Shown: positions 43,936-51,099 of the stretch, piece by piece
Numbering within the stretch: the stretch's first letter is position 1
Layout: each line of letters starts with the position of its first letter
NCBI GenBank assembly: GCA_007135935.1
Contig: SLIA01000021.1
Coordinates: 1-51,099 of the forward strand
DNA: 51,099 bases
Reading direction: 5' to 3'
DNA from: Wenzhouxiangella sp.
Lineage (GTDB): Bacteria > Pseudomonadota > Gammaproteobacteria > Xanthomonadales > Wenzhouxiangellaceae
The notes under the pieces: model-generated
The model's database searches: none
What the model saw: only the letters and a program-made list of their open reading frames with translations
What the model was told of the DNA's origin: nothing
Translations under genes and position numbers: made by a program

Positions 43936-45846
43936 TTACGCCGGTTCGACCAGCATGCGCCCGCCCATTTCCATGTGCAGGGCATGGCAGAACCAGTTGC
44001 AGTAGTACCAGTACACGCCCGGCTTGTCGGCAACGAAAGTGGCCGAGGCGGTCTGCTGCGGACTGAGCTCGAAGCTGATGCCGTGGTCGGTCATGCAGAA
44101 GCCGTGGGTCAGGTCTTCGACGCGGTCGAGGTTGGTGACCACCACGGTAACCTCGTCACCCTGCTTGACCTTGAACTCCTCCATGCCGAAGGCCGGTGCG
44201 ATCGAGGTCATGTAGACCCGGACCTTGTTGCCGTCGCGGATGACCTTGTTGTCACGCTCGACATCGACGCCGTCGGCCTCGGCCATGGCGATGGTCTCGG
44301 CGAAGGTGGGATCGTCGCGGCTGTAGACCTGGGAGGTGTTGATCTGGTCGCGACGCACGATCACCGCATCATGCGGTTCGGCGAAGGTGGGCGTGTCGTG
44401 CACCAGCTTCATCTCCTCGCCGGAGATGTCGATCATCTGGTCGTTCTCGGGATGCAGCGGCCCGACCGGCAGGAAGCGGTCCTTGGAATGCTTGTTGAGC
44501 GAAAACAGCCACTTGCCGTCGGCATCCTTGGACTCGGCCAGGGTGGCGTGGTTGTGGCCGGGCTGGTAATGCACATCGAGCTTCTGGATGATGTAGTCGA
44601 CGTCCTCGCCCTGCCAGTTGCGCACTGCCTTTTCCATGTCCCACTTGACGATCTGGCTGTCGAGGTAGAGCGTGGTGTAGGCGTTGCCGCGTCCATCGTA
44701 GGTGGTGTGCAGCGGGCCCAGACCCAGCTCCGGTTCGGCGGCGATAACGTCGCGCGGGTCATCGAGCTCATCGGCAAACAGTGCGTCAAGACGATCGATT
44801 TCGATCATGCTGACCGTCGGCGAGAGCTTGCCGGCGGCGATGAAGTACTTGCCGTCAGTCGACGTGTTGAGCCCGTGCGGACTCTTGGGGATGGGCACGT
44901 AGCGGGTCACCGCCGAGCCCTTGCGACCGTCGACCACCGGCGTATCGCCATCGAAGGTCTCGTAGTCGCCGTTGCGCACGGCTTCCTCGATGCGCTCGAT
45001 GTTGAAGATCACCACCCAGTCGCGTTCCGGCGCCATCATGTCGGCCTGGTGCACGGCGCGTGGCGAGTTGTAGCAGGTCGAGGCGGCGTACTTGCCGGTG
45101 TAGTCGGCGTCCATGTTGTCGAGGTTGCCGTCGACCAGCACTTGCCAGGCCACCTCCATGGTCTCGGCATCGATTGCACTCCATACCGTCCAGTACTCCT
45201 CGGGGTTGTCGAGGTGGCGGCCGTCGTTGGGCTTGGGCGTGATGTACTCGGAGTTGCAGAAGACGTAATTGGTCTTGGGCACCTTCTGCAGTCGCAGCCC
45301 GTGAATCGCCTGGGCGTTGGGTACGGTCGTCATCTTGTCGCACTTGAAGATGTCGAGACGGATACGCGCCACACGGGTGTTGGCCTTGTCGTTGATGAAC
45401 AGGTACTTGCCGTCGTGGCTGCCGTCGGTATAGCTGACATGGGGGTGGTGGGCATCGCCGTTGGGGAAGCGATGCGAGTCGCCCATGATGCGCTTGGACT
45501 CGTTGGTCGTGCCCCAGCCCGAAGCCGAGCAGTGATTGAAGATCGGGATGCGCATGATCTCGCGCATGGAGGGCACGCCGAATACACGTACTTCGCCCGA
45601 GTGGCCACCGGACCAGAAGCCGTAGTATTCGTCCAGTTCGCCCAGCGGAACATTGTAGTCCTGCGTCGAACCGGAGTTGCGTGCCTCGGCGGTGCGGGTG
45701 CCGCCAAGCAGCAGCCCGGCGCTGCCGGCCCCGGCCATGCCCAGCGCACCGACGGTGGCGGTCACACCGAGAAAGCGGCGTCGGCCGGAATCCTGTATGT
45801 CGGTTTCGGGTGTTTTCGGGCTCTTGTCCCGGGTCTTGTCGTTCAT
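43936..45846 (-). CDS. nosZ: Tat-dependent nitrous-oxide reductase, clade I
   Basis: GRRRFLG Tat signal; DAHHPH, IHG, PHG, GPLH, PGH, EPH CuZ histidines; CuA CNWFCHALHMEM. Confidence 0.98.
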   Translation of the reverse strand: MNDKTRDKSPKTPETDIQDSGRRRFLGVTATVGALGMAGAGSAGLLLGGTRTAEARNSGSTQDYNVPLGELDEYYGFWSGGHSGEVRVFGVPSMREIMRIPIFNHCSASGWGTTNESKRIMGDSHRFPNGDAHHPHVSYTDGSHDGKYLFINDKANTRVARIRLDIFKCDKMTTVPNAQAIHGLRLQKVPKTNYVFCNSEYITPKPNDGRHLDNPEEYWTVWSAIDAETMEVAWQVLVDGNLDNMDADYTGKYAASTCYNSPRAVHQADMMAPERDWVVIFNIERIEEAVRNGDYETFDGDTPVVDGRKGSAVTRYVPIPKSPHGLNTSTDGKYFIAAGKLSPTVSMIEIDRLDALFADELDDPRDVIAAEPELGLGPLHTTYDGRGNAYTTLYLDSQIVKWDMEKAVRNWQGEDVDYIIQKLDVHYQPGHNHATLAESKDADGKWLFSLNKHSKDRFLPVGPLHPENDQMIDISGEEMKLVHDTPTFAEPHDAVIVRRDQINTSQVYSRDDPTFAETIAMAEADGVDVERDNKVIRDGNKVRVYMTSIAPAFGMEEFKVKQGDEVTVVVTNLDRVEDLTHGFCMTDHGISFELSPQQTASATFVADKPGVYWYYCNWFCHALHMEMGGRMLVEPA

Positions 45847-45910
45847 CGTTTCCTCTCCTGGTTTGCCTCGTCGTCGAGTAGGTTGTGTGCCTTCATCGCG
45901 GATCTCGCGA

Positions 45911-48034
45911 TCAGGTCTCGGCCACTTTCAGTGGCACGCGGTTGTTGCCTGAAGCCAGTCTTTCCGCCTTTTCCCTGCGCTTGCGGCGCATGATCATGGG
46001 CGGACACTTCTCATCGTCGAAGTAGGTGATCTGGCATTCCAGGCAGTAATGGCACTCGTTGGGATTGATATGGCCGTCGGGATGGATGGCCTGCACTTCG
46101 CATTCGGTCGCGCAGATCTGGCACGGCGAGCCGCATTCCTTGTGACGCTTGAGCCAATCGAATAGCCTGAGCCGCGCGGGAACAGCCAGTCCGGCGCCCA
46201 GCGGGCACATGTAGCGGCAGAAGAACTTGCGGTTGAACACCGAGATGCCGAGCAGGATCAGGGCATAGAGAATGAAGCCCCATTCGCGCTGGAAGCGCAT
46301 GGTCACGGCGGTCTTGAACGGTTCGACCTCGGCATAGACTTCCGCCGTGCCGAGTGAATGCAGGGAGATGCCGAACAGCGCCAGCAGGATCAGGTACTTG
46401 AGCGACCACAACCGCTCGTGTACCGCCCAGGGCAGCTCGTACTGCTTGACCTTGAACTTCAGGGCGATATCGTTGATCAGTTCCTGCATCGCGCCGAACG
46501 GACACAGCCAGCCGCAGTACACACCGCGTCCCCACAGCAGCAGGGTGACGGCGACGAAGGTCCACAGGATGAACATCATCGGGTCCATCAGGAAGGTGGA
46601 CCACTGGAAGTCGGTCAAGAGCGCGTTGGTGAAGGTCAGGATATTGACCACCGACAGCTGGGCCAGCGTGTACCAGCCGATGAACACCACGGTGTAGATA
46701 AGAAAACCGGTGCGGATGACGCGAATCAGTTTTTTTCGTTGGACCAGCCAGTCCTGGAACAGCAGGATGAACGTCAGCAAGAGCAGGCCGGCGCCGAGCA
46801 CGCCGATCTGCCAGGTGCGTTCCTCCCATACCGTCACCCACAGCGGCCGGTCGGACGGGCCGGGCATGGCTTGCGGTGGCTCGGGATAGTCGAACCAGGC
46901 CTCCGGCGGTTCGTATTCCAGCGGGAAATTGACGAAGACCGAGTCAAGCGCACCGACCTGGCGGCGCACCAGCAGGTCCAGTTCCCAGGGGCGACCCGGG
47001 TCGAAGCTGTATTCGGAACGCACGATGAAGATATCGCGCTCGCTGATCTCCGGTGCGCCGTCGGCGGCAATCTGTGAAGGCGCGCGTACCAGGTCGGCAT
47101 CGCGGAACTGGATGGCGCTGTCGCCCTGGTTGATCTGGATGCGGTCGAAAATGCCGCCGCGCACGAAGCCGGTGCCCTTGAAGGAATAGCGTCCGCTGGC
47201 GGCCAGGTAGATCGCGTGTTCGCCCTCATCGAGCCGATCCATCAGCCGCTCGTAGTGGTCATCGCCGAGCAGGTTGCGCCCGGCGGTCGGGGCATTGAGG
47301 TAGGCGGCATAGAGGTCGATGAAAGTATCGTCCTCGGCGCCTTCGGGCGGGTTGTCGACATGCTCGGCCTCGGTGCCGATGAAGGCCTCGTCGACCTCGC
47401 CGCGGGTCAGGTGCAGTCGTCCGATGCCACCTGTTTCACGCAGTTCGGGCCAGTCCATGGGCTCGAAAACATCGTCCCTGACGGTGGCCGGGTCGGCAAT
47501 GGGAACGGCATCCGGGTCGACCAGACCATGACCGACCGCGACCAGGCGCGAGGCATTCATGATGTCCTCGCCCATCACCACCACGGTGACGGTGGCCCCG
47601 GAAACCGCATCGACGTAGCTGTAGCCCTCGCGGATGCGCGCCGACAGGCCAACGCGCACGCGGTCGCGGATGGTCTTGCCGACGTACTGGTCGACGAACT
47701 CGACCAGGCGGCGTTCGGGAATGCCGACCAGCATGATGGGTTCTTCGTGCTCGAGCACGCGCACGCCGGTCACCGTGCCGTCCATGTCCAGCCCGACCAG
47801 CATGTTGACCGGCTTGCCGGAATAGGCGGGAATGGGCGCGACGTCAATGGTTTCGAATATCAGCCCGATCTGCTCGTCGTCACGGTAGACCGGGCGGGCC
47901 GGCGGCTCGCCGGCGGGATCTCCGGCGCGCTCGGCGTCGGGGAAGAACTCGGCCAGGGCACCGTCTCGGGGGTCGGCCTGTGCCGGCCCGAAAAGCAGTA
48001 TCGAGAGGCCCAGTACCGCCAGAATGCGAGTCAC
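45911..48034 (-). CDS. nosR: NosR membrane flavoprotein / Fe-S protein
   Basis: DAVSGATVT FMN-attachment motif, RGGIFDR, YCGWLCPFGA, FCRYMCPLGA, CGSPCQIC...CHYCLEC. Confidence 0.96.
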   Translation of the reverse strand: MTRILAVLGLSILLFGPAQADPRDGALAEFFPDAERAGDPAGEPPARPVYRDDEQIGLIFETIDVAPIPAYSGKPVNMLVGLDMDGTVTGVRVLEHEEPIMLVGIPERRLVEFVDQYVGKTIRDRVRVGLSARIREGYSYVDAVSGATVTVVVMGEDIMNASRLVAVGHGLVDPDAVPIADPATVRDDVFEPMDWPELRETGGIGRLHLTRGEVDEAFIGTEAEHVDNPPEGAEDDTFIDLYAAYLNAPTAGRNLLGDDHYERLMDRLDEGEHAIYLAASGRYSFKGTGFVRGGIFDRIQINQGDSAIQFRDADLVRAPSQIAADGAPEISERDIFIVRSEYSFDPGRPWELDLLVRRQVGALDSVFVNFPLEYEPPEAWFDYPEPPQAMPGPSDRPLWVTVWEERTWQIGVLGAGLLLLTFILLFQDWLVQRKKLIRVIRTGFLIYTVVFIGWYTLAQLSVVNILTFTNALLTDFQWSTFLMDPMMFILWTFVAVTLLLWGRGVYCGWLCPFGAMQELINDIALKFKVKQYELPWAVHERLWSLKYLILLALFGISLHSLGTAEVYAEVEPFKTAVTMRFQREWGFILYALILLGISVFNRKFFCRYMCPLGAGLAVPARLRLFDWLKRHKECGSPCQICATECEVQAIHPDGHINPNECHYCLECQITYFDDEKCPPMIMRRKRREKAERLASGNNRVPLKVAET

Positions 48035-48187
48035 ATGGCCTCCGTGGCTGTCGGGCGCCCGTACAGTGCCGATGGCACTGACCGTTGCTGGTGCACAGTC
48101 GGATTCATCCGCTGTCTCATGCCTTTGTCCCGCTCCGGGACATGTAAACTGGATATATGATTCTGAATGAGTACGTTAATTGCTTAT

Positions 48188-48201
48188 TTGATCTGGCGCA
48201 A
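48188..48201. promoter_or_regulatory. FNR/DNR-type box between nosR and a divergent ORF
   Basis: TTGAT-CTGG-CGCAA (8/10); CAGAAT (minus strand, 48165-48160) and CAGACT (plus strand, 48224-48229) both at class II -10 distance. Confidence 0.65.
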
Positions 48202-48269
48202 CTCGAGGGGCTTTTGTTGCAGACAGACTGTCTCGGGGCGCGGCCCGTAACCTTGAAGGAGAACGGCCC

Positions 48270-48623
48270 ATGAGCGAACAGCAAGAGAAAGTGTCAAGGC
48301 AGATGTTTCGTCGCCCCGGCGTGGTCAATGCTCGCCGTTTCGTCGGTGAATACTGTTTCGAGCTGGAGGGTTTGTCGGAAATGATCCGGGTGCGGATCTT
48401 CGGCAGCCTGGACGACGACTGGTTTGAGGTGGCGCAAAGCCACTACTTGCAGCCTCCGGGAGCGAGCAGCCCGTCAATGAGCGAGACCCAGCGCTACGGC
48501 AGCGTGGAGGAGGCGTTGAACGACGTGCTGGAGCTGTTCTCGGCCGGCTACCAGCAAGCCGTCGACGCCGGACACGTTCCCGACGATGCCTGGCTGATGC
48601 CCAGCCGGGAGCTGGATTGGTAG
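48270..48623 (+). CDS. Hypothetical protein (117 aa)
   Basis: Strong SD AAGGAG; protein-like composition; no recognised motif. Confidence 0.75.
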   Translation: MSEQQEKVSRQMFRRPGVVNARRFVGEYCFELEGLSEMIRVRIFGSLDDDWFEVAQSHYLQPPGASSPSMSETQRYGSVEEALNDVLELFSAGYQQAVDAGHVPDDAWLMPSRELDW

Positions 48624-48624
48624 G

Positions 48625-48726
48625 GTTGTCGGTTTGTCGTTTGGTCGTTTTGTCGTTTTGTCTTTTCGTCGCTTAGTCGTTTCGAAAAGACCAAGCGACA
48701 AAACGACAAAACGACAAAACGACCAA
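48625..48726. repeat. Inverted array of 8-bp tandem repeats (TTTGTCGT / ACGACAAA)
   Basis: Seven degenerate units, central TTCGAA, five inverted units; 48641-48726 is an imperfect 86-bp palindrome. Confidence 0.92.
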
Positions 48727-49416
48727 TCACCTCGCCAGCGCTTCGGTGAGGCGGTGGTGGATCCAGTCGTCGACGCGTTCGACTTCTTCCGGCGAGACCG
48801 TGTGTTCGATGGGATACTCGTTCCATTCGATCTGGTAGCCGCTGGACTGGAGGGCGTCGCGGCTGGCGCGGGCATCGTCGATGGGTATCGCCCGGTCGTT
48901 TTCGCCGTGCAGCATGAGGATCGGGGTCTGGCGACTGGCGCTTTCCGCCTCGTCCAGAAGGCTGTCGGCGAACAGCAGTTCTCCCGACATCACCACGATA
49001 CCGGCCAGGGCGTGCGGGTAGCGCAGGCCGGCGTGCAGGGCCAGCGTCGCCCCCTGTGAAAAACCGGCCAGGATGATGTGGCCGGGTTCCCGGCCCTGCT
49101 CGCGAACGCGATCGAGCAGGTCGTGGATCGTGCGCGTGCTCTCGTCCATGCCCTCGCGGTCCAGCGGGGCCTCGCCGGGTTCGCCGCGCACATCGAACCA
49201 GGCCCGGGTCGGCATGCCTTCGTTGACGGTGATGCGTTTGAGGGGTGCATTGGGGGCGATATAGTGCAGTCCGATCTCGCGTGACTGGCGCAGGTTGACC
49301 AGGATGGGGTTGAGGTCTTCGGCGTTGACGCCCATGCCGTGCAGCCAGACGGTGGCGGCCTTGACCTTGCGGCGGGTGTAGACCTCGAAGACTTCCTGTT
49401 TGCCCTGCTGCTGCAT
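48727..49416 (-). CDS. Phospholipase/carboxylesterase (alpha/beta hydrolase)
   Basis: WLHGMG, PNAP...ITVNEG...RAWFD, GFSQG nucleophile, HGEND, terminal His. Confidence 0.92.
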   Translation of the reverse strand: MQQQGKQEVFEVYTRRKVKAATVWLHGMGVNAEDLNPILVNLRQSREIGLHYIAPNAPLKRITVNEGMPTRAWFDVRGEPGEAPLDREGMDESTRTIHDLLDRVREQGREPGHIILAGFSQGATLALHAGLRYPHALAGIVVMSGELLFADSLLDEAESASRQTPILMLHGENDRAIPIDDARASRDALQSSGYQIEWNEYPIEHTVSPEEVERVDDWIHHRLTEALAR

Positions 49417-49452
49417 GATCGCTCCCTGTCGACGAAAGATGGATGGAATCTG

Positions 49453-49481
49453 AATTTGCAGGCGCGATTGTCTGCTGTCAA
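49453..49481 (-). promoter_or_regulatory. Putative sigma70 promoter of the carboxylesterase gene
   Basis: TTGACA-N17-CAAATT on the minus strand. Confidence 0.4.
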
Positions 49482-49504
49482 CCGCGTGTTCCAGTTGATC
49501 CTGA

Positions 49505-50338
49505 TCAACCGGGCGCTTTTACGTCGGCCAGCAATTTCTCCAGGTCGCCCGGCTCCTTCCAGTCGCGGGCGAACATGTAGCGGGGCAGGTGCCAGCGATC
49601 GCTGTCGGCGGTGACCGGCTCCGGGTCGCAGGCCAGGGCTGCTTCCAGCCCCAGTGCCGCCCCCCGGCGCGGCAGGTATTCATGGCGGATGTAATCGCTG
49701 GCCTGGCCATAGGGGTAGGCGAAAAAGCGGGGACGTCGGCCGGCGCATCGCTCGATGTAGTCGCTGGCCTGGTCGACTTCGGCCCGGCATTCGGCCTCGG
49801 TGTCGATGTAGCGGAAGTCGCCGCGACGATTGTCGCGTTGCACGGTGCGCTTAAGCGAGCCGTGGTTGTGATCCCAGCTATGGCTTTCCACGCTGATCAG
49901 GCCGCTGGCATTGGCTTTCGCCCACCAGTCGTCGCGCCATACGTTCAGGCTCATGTAGTCGGTGCGGTCAAGCTCGTCGCGCGCGTCGGGCGAGGCAATG
50001 GCGAAAGCGCTCAGGTGCGGTCGATGGCGATTGTCTGCCGGCAGTGCATCGCGGAACCGGCGAAGACGTTCGGCCAGGCTGGTCTGCACGCCGCAGGTGG
50101 GATGATCGAAGGTCTCGAAGTCCATGATCGAGCCGTCGTCGGCGGTAAGCACCGCCGTTTTGTCCGGCAGAGTTCCCGTGTTCAGGCCGGCCAGGGCGTC
50201 GGCCAGCGGCAGCACGGTCCAGCCCAGCGCATCCAGCGTCGCCAGATCCTCGCCAAAGGCAATCAGGTCGTTGTCTGCGTAGCGATTGTCCAGCACCCGG
50301 ATGGAATGCCAGGAGAGAATGACAAAGCGTGGTTTCAT
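49505..50338 (-). CDS. Polysaccharide deacetylase family protein
   Basis: ILSWH, LTADDG, ESHSWDH, FAYPYG, LPRY motifs. Confidence 0.85.
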   Translation of the reverse strand: MKPRFVILSWHSIRVLDNRYADNDLIAFGEDLATLDALGWTVLPLADALAGLNTGTLPDKTAVLTADDGSIMDFETFDHPTCGVQTSLAERLRRFRDALPADNRHRPHLSAFAIASPDARDELDRTDYMSLNVWRDDWWAKANASGLISVESHSWDHNHGSLKRTVQRDNRRGDFRYIDTEAECRAEVDQASDYIERCAGRRPRFFAYPYGQASDYIRHEYLPRRGAALGLEAALACDPEPVTADSDRWHLPRYMFARDWKEPGDLEKLLADVKAPG

Positions 50339-50350
50339 GACATCCGAAAG

Positions 50351-50863
50351 CTAGCGAAAACGATTCTGCTGGCCGGGCACCACGTGCAACCAGCCGTCAT
50401 AGTTGACCGGCCTTTCACGCCCGTGACGGTCGAACAGTGTCAGGGTGATGTTCCAGCGCAGGGGCGCGGTCTGGCCGGCGCCCAGCGCGACCAGGCGTTC
50501 CAGGCCAACGGTCTCGGCCTGGCTGTCGATGCGCACCAGTTCACGTGAGCGTGTCGGCAGGGTGAACGGTTCCGGGTGCCGGGTACTGAGGAGCTTTTCG
50601 CCGTCGAGGGTCAGCTCCAGTTCGAGCGCCTCGTAGCTCAGCGGTCTTTCGTTGAGGTTGCGCATGGCCAGGTCGACGACAATCGTCTCGTCGCGATATT
50701 CCAGCGAATCGATGCCAACGCGCAACATGTCGCTGCTGATGCGCGGTGGGCTGATCTGACAGGCGGCGGTCAGGCAAAGCACAATCAGGGCAGCCGGCAT
50801 CAGTCTTCGAGTCGAGTGCAACAAGGGCGGCTCCAGGACAGAAACGACAGATCGCTCCATCAT
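50351..50863 (-). CDS. LEA_2/WHy-domain lipoprotein
   Basis: Lipobox-like TAAC; LAMRNLNERPL...LTLDG beta-sandwich pattern; start uncertain. Confidence 0.65.
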   Translation of the reverse strand: MMERSVVSVLEPPLLHSTRRLMPAALIVLCLTAACQISPPRISSDMLRVGIDSLEYRDETIVVDLAMRNLNERPLSYEALELELTLDGEKLLSTRHPEPFTLPTRSRELVRIDSQAETVGLERLVALGAGQTAPLRWNITLTLFDRHGRERPVNYDGWLHVVPGQQNRFR

Positions 50864-50891
50864 ACCGTTTCCTGTGTGGTCACGGTTGTCG

Positions 50892-51098
50892 TTACCGGCC
50901 CGGGTGTCCGACGGTGCCGCGATTTCGTGTGCGTGGGTCGAGTCGGTCCTGCAGACGGTCGGCGAGCAGGCTTCCGGCCATGACCAGTCCGAAAAGCGCC
51001 AGGGATGCGGCCAGGAGATTCATGTACTGGCCGGCCAGGATGTCCTGTCCGGCCTCGGCGAGCATCAGCCCCCAGCTGATCGAATCCTGCACCCCGAT
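50892..51098 (-). CDS. C-terminal end of a peptide ABC transporter permease (DppC/OppC-like), truncated by the window edge
   Basis: ISWGLMLAE...LLADRLQDRLDPR. Confidence 0.8.
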   Translation of the reverse strand: MGVQDSISWGLMLAEAGQDILAGQYMNLLAASLALFGLVMAGSLLADRLQDRLDPRTRNRGTVGHPGR

Positions 51099-51099
51099 G

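Noticed and set aside
43975-45993. 672-aa plus-strand ORF (similarly 22456-24204, 19699-21312, 30481-32079, 32668-34287, 37068-38570)
   Set aside because: All lie antisense to confidently identified genes and have shadow-ORF composition
48625-48726. Possible CRISPR array or coding repeat (ORFs 48474-48875, 48634-49059)
   Set aside because: Units are 8 bp with no spacers and there are no cas genes; overlapping ORFs merely translate the repeat and conflict with real genes

Overview
High-GC, gene-dense chromosomal window from a gammaproteobacterium. The acidic proteins and gene repertoire suggest a halophilic Wenzhouxiangella-like organism, but that is inference. I see no rRNA, tRNA, CRISPR array, transposase or phage gene. 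In order, the window holds: an RND efflux pair, a prolyl-hydroxylase-like 2OG oxygenase coupled to srkA, an acidic-tailed outer-membrane protein, an FAD oxidoreductase, rlmKL, gltBD, a Grx4-IscA-like-rhodanese fusion and mltF. Next come two large secreted proteins (an M12 metalloprotease/beta-propeller and an 8-Ig-repeat adhesin ending in DDGIFHDRFE), xthA, tandem hemerythrins behind an FNR-type promoter, three c-di-GMP enzymes, a glutamate dehydrogenase with an animal-like antenna segment, and a SET-domain gene coupled to an unknown gene. The window ends with a complete clade I nosRZDFYL-tatA cluster, whose FNR/DNR box may also drive an unknown divergent ORF, and a few housekeeping genes. Two intergenic loci are built from 8-bp tandem repeats with inverted symmetry. 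The best candidates for undescribed biology are the C-terminal tags on the secreted proteins, the low-oxygen regulon members (hemerythrin pair and the ORF divergent from nosR), the octamer palindromes and the SET operon. All calls come from motif recognition by eye. No database search was run.
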